64,000 bases of DNA from NCBI RefSeq assembly GCF_004010195.1, contig NC_057720.1:11968543-12032542 (forward strand). Reading direction: 5' to 3'. The notes beneath the pieces are model-generated. The model saw only the letters and a list, made by a program, of their open reading frames with translations, did not search any database and was not told the origin of the DNA. Source of the DNA: Chiloscyllium plagiosum. Taxonomy: Eukaryota. Numbering within the stretch: the first letter of the stretch is position 1; each line of letters starts with the position of its first letter. Below, one piece after another: positions 25,499 to 39,591 of the stretch. The position numbers were made by a program, and so were the translations under genes.

Positions 25499-27274
25499 CT
25501 TTATTAAAAGAAACAAAGTTTCAATTACTTTATCTGTCGCACTTCACAAACTTGCCAAATGCAAATAATGCAATAACAATGTGAATGAATAAGCGTTAAT
25601 TTATTAAAAAGATAGAACAGTTTCATTTATGACTTGAGGATGTCCTAATCGATAGCCAATTAAATATTTTTATAAATACCTGTTGTCATTTAACTAATGT
25701 AGGAAAATCTGTAGTCAATTTGCACACAGCAAGGCCCCACAAAGAGTAATATAATCTGATCAGTTAAATGGCTTTGAATTATGTTGAATGAGGGGTAATT
25801 GTTGGCCAGAATGGAGAATACCTCTCTTGTGAAATAATTCCATGTGATCCTAGTTTACCCGACAGCAGAAAACATGACATCTCATGTGCACATGCTCTGC
25901 TGTGTTCACTTCGAATACGCACTCAGTTCCCTGGAACAAGAAGTGAATCAACTGCCTTCTGACTAAGATATAGACAGCTCTGCCTCCAGCTGTCTATGTA
26001 CATGTGTGCAAGTAGCATGTAAAATGCCACATCGTATTTCTTATGCTTGCCTGCCTGAATTACTTCCTAGAAATGGAGAACAGAGAAACAAGAGGATAAT
26101 AAGTCGAAATGACGCAACTCACTGTGGCACAGTGTATTATGGAGCAAAGTGAAAAACAAGAATGGAGGGGAGAAAAGACAAATTAAACAGATATTTTGGG
26201 GGAGAATTCAGATTCGGAGGATGCAGCAATAAACAAAAAGTCAAGTGTGCATTGGAATCAAGTGACAGATCAGAGTGCAGGATGCAAAGCTGGGGAGAGT
26301 TGTTTAGACACAATAGTGGAGAGGCTACAGAAGAAATTCAAAATGATAATGTTAAAATTGGATTGTTGGATAGAGTGAGGTAATATAACCCAAGGTGGAT
26401 AGAAGTTACTGTTAAAATGGGGAAAATCAAAAATAAACAAACAGTGGCTAGCTCGTGTAAAAAATGAAGATTGTCGAGAAGAGAAACAAGTTGCTGAAGG
26501 TTTTGTTCTGAACCCATCGAGACGAATGGAAAAATGCCAAACTCCCAGAATTTATATCACAACAGAAAAAAGGCTCTGAAGGGTTGCCAAATTGACTCTG
26601 ATTGGCATAGGCGTTGCTTTGGAGAAACCAAGCGGCTCACCTTGCAAACTGAAAAAAAATGTTCAAGATTGGAATACATTATTTTTGTTGCAGAGAGCAG
26701 GCCCTGCATATGAATGCATGTTGCTTCCAGAGTGTGTAAACGAGTGGCATTACTGATTATCTTAAACAGCTATTAGTGTGCTCAGGATTGCTGAAATTTG
26801 GCAATCTTGAGTTGGTCCTACTGAGTGCAAGACAAAAAAGCTTTGACATCAAGACAAAAAGTTTCAGCAAAATCAAAAATATCAAATCTACACTTCAGTT
26901 TAACAGACAAGTATGCTACAGTTTTATGGCAACATATCTTATTCTAATGCTTCAGCAATTTCAAGACTTTAAAAATATCATGCTCTGTGGACACCTCCGG
27001 CAAAGTCAGGATTCATTACCCATTACTAATTGTTCTGTGAAAAATGTTGAATAACCTTTTTGAACCACTCTATTTACTGATCAGTTCACCCACAATGCGT
27101 TCAGCAGCATTTTCCCTCACGCAAAAGATTCCCAACCGTCACAAATTTTGATTTGCCCAAAACCCAGCAGACCAATTTCCCACAAATAAATGCAAAATAC
27201 TGTGGATGCTGAAAACCCGAAATGAAAAGTAGTGCCGGAACAAGTCAGTAACTCAACAAGTCCAAAAGCCCATT

Positions 27275-28100
27275 AGACACAGCAGGAGAAGTAGGCCATT
27301 CAGCCGAATGAGTCTGCTCCATCATTCAATGAGATGACAACTGATGATAGTCTTCAACTCCACTTTCCTATTTCCCATAACCCTTGATTTCCTTACTGAT
27401 CAAAAATCTTGAATATACTCAACACGCTGACTTTAACAGATGCCCATAGGAAAAAAATAATGCATAGATTCACTACTCGCAGAAAAGAAATTCTTCATCT
27501 GTTTGAAAATGTATGACCCTTTATTCTGAGATTACGCCCACTTGGCCTTCCCCTCTTCCAAAAGGGGAAACAATCGCTCTGCATTTACCCTGTCAACTCC
27601 CTTAAGAAGCCTGAATGTCTTAATAAGGTCATCTCTCATTCCCTAAATTTCAATGAGTATAGGCCCAAACTACTCAACATTCCCTCTAAAAACCACTGTT
27701 TCTTTTATCAGCCCAATGAACCTTCTCTAGATTCCTCCAACGCTAATGTTTCCTTAGATTAAAGGGGCCCATGACTGATCACAGTATTCCAGTTGTCACT
27801 GACAACTGTAAAATTTCTCTGCTTTTATATTCTATTCCCTTTGAAATAAAAGCCACATTTTATTTGCCCCCACCCCCCCCATTACCCATTAAATTTAAAT
27901 GCTCGCTGTGATTCATTCACAAGGACAAATCTCTCTGTTTAGTAGCTTTCTGCAGTCTTCTCCATTTAAATAATATTTAGCTCCTCTGATCTTCCTCCCA
28001 AAATGCACAATCTCACATTTTCACACATTATAATTCCATCTGCTAAATTTCTTCCCTACTTGCTTAACCTGTTTCGATCCCTTTGCAGACTCTGTCACAC
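27275..28100 (-). mobile_element. Diverged CR1 LINE 3' fragment
   Basis: Reverse complement matches the CR1 RT C-terminus and tail seen at 46660-47225. Confidence 0.7.
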
Positions 28101-28314
28101 TCACCATTTGCCTTCCTACGTATTTGTGTAACCAGGAGCATGGGTGGAGAGAGAAACAGTCAATCTTTCAAGTCCTGCATAATTCCTCTTCAGAACTGTA
28201 GATTCCAAAAAAGTGTCACAACGGACTCGAAACAAGTTAATGTTTCTCTCTCTCCACAGATGCTGTCAGATCTGAAGTTTTACAATATTGTTTTTATTTT
28301 AGCCAGATTCCTCA

Positions 28315-31300
28315 TTGAATTGAATTTATTGTCACGTGTACTGAGGCACAGTGAAAAGCTTTGTCTTGTGAGCAACACAGACAGGTCACAGAGTTAAGTA
28401 GCAAAGATAAGTAAATAATAGGTAAACAGCGGCAAAAACAAAAACACAGGTACAGGCGAATGTTAAGAGTTTGACAGTCCATTCAGTATTCTAACAATAG
28501 TAGGGTAGAAACTGTTGTGAAACCAGCTGGTGTGTGCGTTCAGGGTTCTGTACCTTCTCCCCGATGGTAGAGGTTGTGGAAAAATATGGCCAGGGTGGGA
28601 TGGATCTTTCAGAATGCTGGCGGCCTTTCCTTGACAGTGGGTCTGTAGGTAGATTCTATAGATGGGAGGTTGGCCTTTGTGATTGCCTGGGCCAAGTTCA
28701 CCACTCTCTGTAACCGTGTCCGACCTTGAATGGTACAGTTGCCATACCAGGTAGTGATACATCCAGACAGAATGCTCCTGATGGCTCACCTATAAAAATT
28801 GGCAAGGGTATTCGCCATCATGCCAAATTTCCTCAGCTGCCTGAGGAAGAAGAGATGTTGTTTGGCCTTTGTAACAAGTGCGTCCACATGAAGAGTCCAA
28901 GAAAGATGGTTGTGATTGACCACACACAGGAGCTTGACACTCTCCACTCGTCCCACCTCTGTGTTGTTAATGCGTAGGGGGGAATATGTAACATCCCACC
29001 GAAAGTCAATAATGAATTTCTTGGTTTTGCCAGCATTGAGAGCTAGGTTGTTCTCCATGCATCATTTTTCCAGGTCTTCCCCACCTGCCATCTGTAGTCT
29101 GTTTTGTCGCCATCAGAGATTTGAACGACTAGGATGGCGTCATCAGCGAACTTGTAAATGGCATTAGTCTAGTATTTGATGTCACAGTCATGGGTAAAAG
29201 TGAGTACAGTAAAGGGCTGTGTACGCACCCCTGGGGGACTCCAGTGTTAAGTGTTAGTATTGAGGGCAATAAAATATTGCCCTCAATCTTCAATGATTGT
29301 GGCCTGTGGGTCAGCGAACTGAGGATCCAGTTGCAGAGAGTGTGGCTTAGTCTGAGATCACTAAGTTTAGTAATCAGTCTTGAGGGGATAATAGTGTTGA
29401 AGGCTGAACTGTAGTCCACGTATGGAGTCAGCTATTACAAGGGGGCATAGCTTTAAATTAAGCTTGGTGTCAAGATGCTCTAGGGAGGAGTGAAGGGCAA
29501 GTGATATGGCATTTGACGTGGATCTGTTGGTCTGATAGATAAATTGGAGTGGGTCAAGAGTAGTGGGGAGGCTGCAGTTGATTAATGCCATGACTAGCCT
29601 TTCAAAGCACTTCATGACCACCTAAGTTAGGGCCACTGGATGGTAGTCATTGAGACATGTTGCATGAGCCTTCTTAGGCACAGGGATGATGTTGGCCTCT
29701 TGAAACAGGCAGGGACAGTGGCCTGCTGCAGGGAGAGGTTGAAGATGTCCAAGAAGACGTTTGCCAGTTGATCTGCGCATGCTCTGAGTGTATGGCCTGG
29801 TACTCTGTTCTTGTGGCATAGTTTTCCTTGGATTCACACAAAGGAGAACTGATCTGACCTCTGATGCAGTGACTGTTGGGATAGGTTCGGCAGGACTTGT
29901 TGGAACAGGTGTTACCTGTCCACCACAATTCTGCTCAAAATGAGCGTAGAAGGCATTGAGACAATAAAGGAGGGATGTGTCATCATCTGCTATCTTGCAC
30001 TGTCTCTTTTTAGACCCTGTGATGTCATTCAGTCCTTGCCATAGTCGCCGGGTATCTGTTTGGGTCTCTAGTTTGGCTCAGTATTTGTCCTTGGCTGTCT
30101 TGATCGCTCTGCGAAGGTCATGCTTGGATTCCTTATATTTGAATGGGCTTCCTGAGCTGAAGGCCTCATGCCTTTAGCAGATTCTGTTTGGCCTGATTCA
30201 TCCAAGGTTTCCTGTTGGGGAACATGGTGGGGGTGTTGGGGCGGCACGGTGGCTCAATGGTTAGCAGTGCTGCCTAACAGCGCTAGGGACCCAGGTTCGA
30301 CTCTAGCCGTGGGCAACTGTCTGTGTGGAGGTTGCACATTCTCACTGTGTCTGTATGGGTTTCCTCTGGGTGCTCCAGTTTCCACCCACAGTCCAAAGAT
30401 ATGCATGTCAGGTGTATTCGTCATGCTAAATTGCCCATAGTGTCATGTGCATCAGTCAGAGGGTGGGTTACTCTTCGGAGGGATGGTGTGGATTTGAAGG
30501 GCCTGTTTCCGCACTGTAGGGGAATCTAATCTAAAAAAACACCCGGATTGACTTCCTTGGTATGCAGTCCTCCACACACTTGCTGATAAAGTCTGTGACG
30601 GTGGTGGTGTACTCATCCAAGGTACCTGCAGACTGTTTGAACACAGCTTAATCAGCTGATTCCAGACAGCACCGGAGTTGATCCTCTGCCTCCTCCGACC
30701 AGCACTGGACCTGTATTCACGAGGAGTGGGGGGGGGGGGGTCTCCTGCTTACGTTTTTGCCTGTAAGCCAGGAGAAGAAACACGGCATTGTGGTCGGAGT
30801 TCCTGAAATGACGGCGGGGGATGGAGCAGTCTGCATCTTTCACAGTGGTGTAGCAGTGGTCTAAAATGTTAGAGCCCTTGGTGGGGCAGGTAATGTTCTG
30901 GTGATACTTGGGCAACACCTTCCTTAGATTGGCTTGATTGAATTCGCCAGTTACAATAAACAGAGCCTCAGGGTGTTCCGTCTCCTTGGGTGTTAGTGGT
31001 GGAGTACAACACATCCAGAGCTTCCTCAACCTTTTCTTGTAGTGGTTTGTACACAGCAGTTAGTATAGCAGCGGTAAATTCCTGTGGCAGATAGAAGGGG
31101 TGGCATTTTATGGTGAGGAGTTCAAGGTTTGGGGAGCAATGGCTACCCAGGGTTGCAATGTCCGTGCACCACAATTTACTGATTAAAAAGCAAACCCCTC
31201 TACCCTCTGTCTTACCCGAGGACGCTGTATGGTCCATACAATGGATAGAAAAACCATCAGCCTGAAATGCACAGTCAGGAATGGATGGATTGAGCCAGGT

Positions 31301-31430
31301 TTCTGTGAAGCAGAGTGCGCAGTAGTCCCACAGTTCACGCTGGAAGCTGAACTGTGATCCAAATTCGTCCAGCTTGTGCTCCAGAGATTGTACATTTGCT
31401 TGGAGTAAGCTAGGAATGGGGGTCTTGAAA
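28315..31430 (-). mobile_element. Degraded, near full-length Rex1/Babar LINE (APE + RT)
   Basis: APE motifs LLQANVQSL, LCFTETWL, IVTGEFNQ, LDHCYT, SDHNAV. RT motifs [38 protein letters not shown]. 3' tail gtgacaataaa(ttcaa)n. Many frameshifts. Confidence 0.9.
30238..30534 (+). mobile_element. HE1-like V-SINE inserted into the Rex1 LINE
   Basis: Complete SINE; Rex1 sequence resumes on both sides (ggggaac...acccggatt). Confidence 0.88.
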
Positions 31431-32547
31431 CTGCTTCCAGTTAAGTGATACTTCCCAGGATCCTGTGGAGCAGGTAGGTTGCAGTTTAGTGTATTTTTGC
31501 AGAGGGTCTGCTTCGGATCCAGTGTAGCAGGTAATCTACAGAAGAGCAGGTGCTCTTCTACATTCAACACCTCCATTGTCACACAACTCTATTAGCTCCC
31601 TAAAACACTGCCATAACAATTTCATCATATACAAATCCCTTAGTCTTGGACTGCTGTTTGAAATGTCAAAATCTCAGATACTGCTTTTTCTTGATTGAAG
31701 TTATTGGTAGATCCACAGATTTTCTTACATGAGGAGAATTATGCATTACTGTTAGATACAATTCAATGAGAATAAGTTATCCAGTTAAATGGAAACCAAA
31801 TTGCACTAGAAACCAAGAGGCAGAATCATCTGTTCTGTAGAGTTTAACCATACCAGATTGTTGAGGAAGCAATATGACTAAAACAAAATAGAAACAAACA
31901 CGAGTTTTTCAATTTCAATGAAAGACAGAAGTAACTTTTTATACCCAACCCTGAAAATGATTTAAGCCTATTTCATGACAGAGCTGCAAATGGTATTTTT
32001 AACGAACTAAGCAAGTTCATGCATGTCACTGCTAAAAGATTATTTTTGCGAATGAGCACATTTATTTTCGGATTCCTGTAATTAATTATTTTTTAAAACG
32101 TATAAAATACTACGGTACAATTGAGAACAGACATGCTATTAATAGCTAGTTCAGGAGGGGGAGTGAAAACCTTTCTTCAGAAAAAAAACATATCTGAAAT
32201 ATTAATACAAATCATTATCTTGCTTTTTACTGTTCCCAATACAAACAAATGACATGACAGGAGAGGGCAATTTTATTAAAATTACTGGTAAGATCCTTAA
32301 TCTATTTTTGCCCAGGTTAGCTGTGAACCATTAGTCATGTGTACTTAAGTACACAAATGATGCACAAACATGAAATCTAATAAAACAGAAACCAATCAAC
32401 TTCATACATTGTGCACAAAAAGTAACATGGGTGGGAATTTCCAAGTGAGGTGGGAAACAAAAACGGCCATAACCAAAAATTGGAAATAAAAGCTGAGGGT
32501 CTGAGAAACACAAATTGTATTCATAGCACAGCACTCATAGCATCCCT

Positions 32548-32890
32548 CCAGTGCAAATAGAGAGGCCATTCAGCCCATCAAGTCTGCACCGACCGTCCAA
32601 AAGAGCATCCCTACCAGACCCAACCCTCCACCTTATCCCTATAACCCCTCATTTCCCCAGGCTAATCCAATTAGATTGCACAACCCTGGTCACTATGGGG
32701 CAATTAAGCTTGGCCAATCCACCTAATCTTTGGACTGTTGGAGAAAACTGGAGAACTCGGCAGAAACCCACACAGACACAGGGAGAACATGCAAACTCCA
32801 CAGCCAGACAGTCAGCCATGGCTGGAATCATACCCAGGCCCCTGGGGTTGAGAGGCAGCAGTGCTGACAACCAAGGCACCGTGCTGCCCT
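32548..32890 (-). mobile_element. HE1-like V-SINE (diverged)
   Basis: Head, V-core and tail recognisable. Confidence 0.8.
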
Positions 32891-33499
32891 ATAGTCAGTT
32901 AGCACTGACTACACATTTGATTCAATTCAATTTATTATTGTCACATGTACCTAGGTACAGTGAAAAGTTTTGCTTTGGAGCAGTACAGGCTGATCATACC
33001 ATTCAAAGTGCATTAAGGTAATAAAACAGAATGAGAAATGACTGTAGAGAAGGTGCGCACAGAGAGATCAATATTAAATTTAAAAATTGAGAGGGCAATT
33101 AAGAAGTCGAATAATTGCGGGGAAGAAGCTGTTTGACCAATTTAGACTGGATTTCTGACTTCAAGGCTGTTCATGCAAATTGGAAGCCATCAGGGTTCCA
33201 TGGCTGAGGCACTTGATACTTGTTCCACCACAACATTCAGTTATTTTATTACCCTTTTACAAAGCTTTGCTATTGGGTTCTTTGTTTATAAGTTCAAATA
33301 GACATCTGGACAACATCTCAATGTGGAACCATACAGCTGGTCCTTTATTGCTGAGGCAAAATCCTCGAACTCCATTCCAAAACAGCTCTGTAGGTGTACA
33401 CATATCAGATTGCTCTGCAGCATTTCAAGAAAGGGGTTCATCATCGTATGCTCATGAGGCAATGAACAACAAGTGCTGGACTTGCCAATAATACTTGTA

Positions 33500-34234
33500 G
33501 CTGAAAATGTGTTGCTGGAGAAGCGCAGCAGGGTCAGGCAGCATCCAGGGAACAGGAGAATCGATGTTTCGGGCATAAGCCCTTCTTCAGGAATGAGGAA
33601 AGTTTGTCCAGCAGGCTAAGATAAAAGGTAGGGAGGAGGGACTTGGGGGAGGGGCGTCGGAAATGTGATAGGTGGAAAGAGGTCAAGGTGAGGGTGATAG
33701 GTCAGACTGGAAGGTAGGGAGGAGGGACTTGGAGGAGGGGCGTTGGAAATGTGATAGGTGGAAAGAGGTCAAGGTGAGGGTGATAGGTCGGAGTAGGATG
33801 GAGGCGGAGAGGTCAAGAAGAAGACTGCAGGTCAGGAGGGCGGTGCCGGGCTGGAGGGATTCGGCTGTGACAAGTTGGGGGGAGGGGGGATGAAGAAACT
33901 GGTGAGGTCCAAGTTCATCCCCTGTGGTTGGAGGGTTCCCAGTCGGAAGATAAGACGCTCCTCCTCCGACCGTCGGGTTGTTGTGGTTAGGTTGGGTCGG
34001 TGGGGGGTGTGGATCTGACAAGGGAGTCGCGGAGGTAGTGGTCTCTACGGAAAGCTGATAGGGGAGGGGAGGGGAATATATCCTTGGTGCTGGGGTCTGT
34101 TTGGGGGTGGCGGAAGTGACGGCGGATGATGTGCTGTACATGGAGATTGGTGGGGTGGTAGGTGAGGACCAGTGGGGTTCTGTCCTGGTGGTGGTTGGAG
34201 GGGCGGGGCTCAAGGGCGGAGGAGCGGGAAGTGT
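33500..34234 (-). mobile_element. Internally deleted Neptune-type PLE
   Basis: RTPLVLTYHPTN..IIRRHFRH..PLSAFRRD.YLRDSLVRS; hammerhead core at 33559-33594; TSD aataatacttgta at 33487-33499 and 34235-34247. Confidence 0.88.
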
Positions 34235-35739
34235 AATAATACTTGTATCCCATGGAAGAACTAGAAAAGTTTTTTTAAAAAGTTTACAATGCAAGAGTTC
34301 CCATTTATCTACAGTGGCTGACCTCTCGGATCATCACTTCCAAAATGTCTCAATTTGAATACTGCATTTTTAGTTCCAGGGAAGTTGATCTCTTGTTTTT
34401 TTTTTACTTGTGTAACTTGACCTTTTCTTTGAAAAAATTATGATATGGTTTGATGTGATATGGTTTATTTACTCACTTAGAGGTTAGGACAGGATGCAAT
34501 CCAAATGCTTTCCAGTATAAAGTAATTCCATAAAAAGGAGAGTTGGATAAGCACCTAAAGAGTAACAAAATTGCAGACTGGGGGGAAAGAGCAGGGGAGT
34601 GGGGCGAGTTCATCTGGTCTTATGGAGAACCAACACAGATACAGGCTTCCTGAGTTCTTGTGACCATTATGATGCCATGAAAATGATTCATTACTAATTC
34701 TGCAACAAATTAACCCATTTAATTTTTCATAGTTTGAGTAAGGCATGTAGTTTGGGATGGAAACTCCATCATTTTCAATGACAAAGGAAAGTCTACAGCT
34801 TAATCAAACCTCACCACCTCAACTTTTGACATGTGGATTGCAGGCAGCTTTAAGCAAGATAGGCAGATACATGCAGAGAGTAAACAAGCTGAGATTGTGA
34901 ATTTCACAGTATAGAAGGCTAAGGGGAGAGGCGCTCAAAAGTGTGCATAGATTCGACAGATTAAGTAAGGAGAAATGTTTTCCACTCTCAAGGAGGTTGG
35001 TAATCAGAAGACACAATTTTACAATGACTGGCAAAAGAGTTAATGCAAAATCTTGCAGAGATATGGGAACAGCGTAGGAGTGAGGCAAACTGGATAGCTT
35101 TGACAAAGCCTCCATAATGGATTGAATGGGCTCCTTCTGTGTTGAAATGATTCTGCGTTAGGTATTCGGGTTAGTTAATGATACCTGATAGCTGACTTTG
35201 AAAAGTTTAATATCATTGTTCCTATATAACAACATCACTGAAACGACATGACATCTCAATGCTATTTCTGTTTTTTCCTTCCGGAGACTACACTTCCCAA
35301 ACAGCCAAAGTATCGCCACTACCTCACACTAACAACTCTTAACTATCAATTCTGCAGAAGCCCAAATGACCTCACTTATCTTCAGAAACCATGCTAAGGA
35401 CTTAACTTGATTTTGTTCTAATACTGTTTGAATAAAATGGAAGCCAAGATGTTTTAGTGCAACCAAATAATCAGCCACAACAAAAATTTCCAAAACATTG
35501 AATGTTTTCAAGAACAAATTAGATATCGTTCTTAGGGCTAAAAGGGATCAAAGGCTATTGGGAAAAAGGCAGAAATAGGATACTGAGTTGGATTATCAGC
35601 CACGATGGTGCTGACTGGTCCACTCCTCCTCCTATTTTTGATTTTTCTATGTTACAGGTTTCAATATTTGGGTGAACTCATTTCAGAAAAAATGTAGCAC
35701 AAAACCTTAAGATGCTGAACAAGACATTTGTTTCCTTAC

Positions 35740-35848
35740 TCGTAAGAACATTTCCAGTTCCACCTTCCTTCTCTTTTCTAATTTTTCAATCTCGATCTGA
35801 CAGGTTTGGCAGGTGTAGAGATGATTGACTGCTGGCCCCCCTCCATAC
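35740..35848 (-). CDS. USP33: USP33 coding exon: [36 protein letters not shown]
   Basis: gacag acceptor, gtaagg donor; 109 nt. YGGGP end of DUSP1. Confidence 0.96.
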
Positions 35849-38358
35849 CTGTCGGGACAGCAAAGCAGAAATTCTAATTTCCATAAAACCTGTATGCTAC
35901 AAGTCAAGTCAAGAAAGAAGAACCAACTTCAATATAAATGGAACTTCAGAACAAGCCTAAAGTATTTTATAGCCAATGAAATACTTTTGAAGTGTTGCAA
36001 TCCAGGGAAATAAGAAAACACAAGAAGCTCCTATAAACATCAAGTTAGTTGTCAAGTTAACTTTTAAAAAATGAACGTAGGTTTATAAAATACTCGGAGG
36101 TGCTACACAGAAGGATTAAAATCTAACACTGAGCCAAAGTGATACTAGTGAAGATGCCAAGAGTTTGGTCAAGGAGGTAAGTTTTAGGGAAAAAGACAGG
36201 TTGTGGTGCAAAAGGGTTAGGGAGAGGTAGAGGGGTAGCTAGCTGAAGGCACAATCAGCAAGGTGGAGCAATTAAAAAAATCAACAATGCTCAAGAGATC
36301 AGAATTCGATGATCCTCAGTGGGCAGAGGCTAGAACAGAGCAAGACAACATGCACAGGCTAAAGGGTGGGTGAGTGGAAATGGGTAAATAAGACTTGGCA
36401 CAAGTGACAATGAGATTTGCTTTGGATGACCATATTTAAGGAGAGTAGAATGTGAGACCCCAGCTCGAAGTCGGTTGAAATTGTAAAGTTTTGAGCTAAC
36501 ATAGGTGGGGATGAGGGGAATCAGCAGATCCGAGGCAAGGGTGGGGGGGGGGGGCGGAAATTAGGCAATCATGGGTGGCTTCAAGGAAATGTTACAAATG
36601 CACAATAATACATGTTTGCCCATTTGACTTTGAAGTAATTTATTTTAAATTGCAATTGCAGGTTATCGTCCAACATTTTAACTGACTGCAGCCAATTTAC
36701 TTAGCAGCTGGATTAACTTCAATTATTCAAATGCCTACAGTTACCATTACTTAACAGGAAAAAAATCCATCTGCTTCAGAAATCAAACCAAGGTCTTTAA
36801 CATTCCAAACAATAGTGATCCAAAATGAATTACAATTTTGCCTTCCATTAATTTATCATGTTCTTTTTTGAACAGTTATTTGAAATAGATTCCAAACTTC
36901 GTTTGTGATAGAGAAAAGCTGTCTTATAACCAACTTTATTTTTGTTGAAACAGACCAATTTAGTGAGTCATGATGCAGCATATTTAAATAGAAAAGATGG
37001 TCCCAGGTGTTTCACGGTAGCATAACTGTACGAAAATTAACACCAAGACAAAAAAGTAAAATAACTGGGATACAGAAAATCTGAAATCTAAAATGAAAAT
37101 GCTGGAAATACTCAGGCAGGTCTGGCAGCATTTGTGGAGAAAGAATTGGAGTTAACATTTCAACTTAGATATGACTTTTACTTTAGAATGAAAAGTGGAA
37201 TTTTAAGGATTTTATGCAATGAAAGGGCATGGGGGAAAAGAAAGATCTTAGATAGGGTAAAGGGTGGAGAGAGATTAAAAGATAAAGCTGTCATGGAACA
37301 AAAGGCAAAGGGAGAGGTAGTAGTTTTTGTAATGAAACAGAGTACTGTATTGCTTTACAGTTGCTTACCATACAAAGTGCCAGGAAATCAAATATAATTG
37401 GAGATGTCCTCTCCAGAACTTAGTGACCCACTTGGAACTAAAGAAATAACATTGACCAAGGCCAGGAGAATCAAAGTAGGAGTGTGTTCGTTATTTATAT
37501 TTTATAGTCTCTTTCTTTTGAGAATGACCAAACTGTCAATAGCATCAAATCTGCAGTTCTGAAGAAAAATCATATTCAACTTGAAATGTTTATGCAGTAT
37601 CTCTGAAAAAAAAAAGGAAATTTTGGGAGGCGAGTCCAAGAAGTTGATTTAAGGAGTGTTTGAATAGGAAGAAATACAAAGTGCAAATGGTGAATGAGGA
37701 GTTAGCAAACATTTGGATTGGATTCAAAGTGCAACTAGCTTGACTGGCTCTCAGTGCATTTTGCTCCATTGGTGGAGACCCACTCTTAATAAAAACATTG
37801 ATGCATACAACTTGGGTGGGGCCAGTCAATAATCTGAACAAAAGAACCAAGATCATTGATGCACCAGATAAATGTTGCCTCAGCTCAAAAGACACATTTA
37901 TACATATCAGCTACCAGACAGGTCTCACCACAGAGTGCAGGAATTTGAAAGAAGGAACAAGTTCAAACGTGAGACTATAAAATTGTGCCCTGGTTATGGA
38001 GGACTTCAGATAATGAGCTTTGTACTCTGTGTCAACCTTTTACAAGTTCTTTTAAGATAGAATGTTAGGCATTTGCAAAAATGGAAAAATCAATTCCTTA
38101 CATACACCGCATAATTAGATTTGTGTATCAAATTCCACTTCAGCAGTTCTGATACTGAATGTTTACAAGATGGTCTTGCGTAACTCTTTCCAGGATCAAG
38201 TGTCATGATTCCATTTGCTTTCCTTTTGCAAGTATGTGTTTATCATGAAAAGCAGGGGCCTTGTGAAGTACAAGTCTGAGCTGACAACCTGAACACATAT
38301 TATTTGGGGAAAGATTGCCTCCCACAGAAGGAAAAGGACAAGGTGCCACATTACTCAC

Positions 38359-38440
38359 CTGCTGTACAGATAGTCCCAGACATTCTGAGGCAACATCACA
38401 ACAAGGTCTTCAATGTAACTGGCCTTCTGAGGTGGAACAC
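38359..38440 (-). CDS. USP33: USP33 coding exon (DUSP1): (G)[26 protein letters not shown](R)
   Basis: gttacag acceptor, gtgagt donor; 82 nt, in phase. Confidence 0.96.
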
Positions 38441-38645
38441 CTGTAACAGATACATTTCAGTCATTAGGATGTGTGTTGAATTTCCAGGACGGCCTATTTC
38501 TATGTTTCTTTAATGAGAAATATGAAACAGGAAAACTGCAAAGCTGCTTATAGCAGCAATTTATGTTTTAGGGATTTCCTTCCCTCCTCTTGAAGACATT
38601 GACTCTGCTGGAGTGAAGTACGACAAACAGGCAGCACCATTTAGT

Positions 38646-38779
38646 TTAAAAAAAGAAAGCTGAAGAGCTGCGGATGCTGGAAATCAGAAAAAATTGTTGG
38701 AAAAACTCAGCAGGTCCGGCAGCATCTATGGAGAGAAAGCAGAGTTAATGTTTTGGGTCCAGTGACCCTTCTTCAGAAT
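38646..38779 (-). mobile_element. PLE family-1b end fragment (decayed hammerhead plus downstream tail)
   Basis: TSD gcaccattt(a/g)gt at 38634-38645 and 38780-38791. Confidence 0.75.
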
Positions 38780-38879
38780 GCACCATTTGGTACTTTGCAG
38801 AGCCCAACCTAGTGTCATTTGACATCTGAATTTCCTTCAAAAAATCACAAATAGATAACTATTGGGAACATAGAATAGA

Positions 38880-39168
38880 ACCCCTATTGGGTGGCAGCAG
38901 GCCATTTGGCCCATCAAGTCCACACCAAACCTCAAGCAGCAGCCCACCCAGACACAGCCCCCTATGCTATAACCCTGCATTTCCCATGACTAATCCACCA
39001 AGACAGCACATCTTTGGACTGCGGGAGGAAACCGGAGGACCCGGAGCAAACCCAGGCAGACACAGGGGAAAACATGCAAACACCACATCGACAGTCACCT
39101 GACGCTGGAATCAAACTCTGGTCCCTGGTGCTGTGAAGCAGCAGCGCTAACCACTGAGCCATCGTGCT
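38880..39168 (-). mobile_element. HE1-like V-SINE (diverged)
   Basis: Head, V-core and tail recognisable. Confidence 0.8.
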
Positions 39169-39421
39169 GCTCTGCAATTTGCCCTGTGTTACACCTGGCA
39201 ATGCAGAGATTTATTTTAAGAGAAGCTCTAACTGCCACCCAAGAGATCGGTTATCGCTACATAAAGCGGGTAATAAGCCCGGGATCTGTTACACCAAGCT
39301 TGACTCCTCTCCCCCCCACCCCACCACCATCCCCAACCCATATCCTTTCAAAAACACTCAAATCATCCATCCATCCATCCATCAGTTGCTTACAGTTGGC
39401 AGGGCTAAAGCATCACTTTAC

Positions 39422-39591
39422 CTCCATGAGCACAAAGAAACTCATTGTTGATAATAGGACCTGGCTCAGCAAAAGTCTTGAATTTGTTCAACCATTGGCG
39501 CGATATGTAGAACTGAAGTAGACTAGGTTCCATCATATTCAGTAGGTGAGCTACTCTCTGCCTTTCCTTCTGCATCTCCTCACTGCTTTTC
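39422..39591 (-). CDS. USP33: USP33 coding exon (DUSP1): [56 protein letters not shown]
   Basis: cacag acceptor, gtaaag donor; 170 nt. DUSP W..F..PGPI.N motif. Confidence 0.97.

Noticed and set aside
26162..26383. Purine-rich overlapping ORFs antisense to USP33
   Set aside because: No recognisable motifs or splice structure; short ORFs are expected from composition alone.
28463..31582. Intact or domesticated retrotransposon gene
   Set aside because: APE and RT are broken into many frames by stops, frameshifts and nested insertions.
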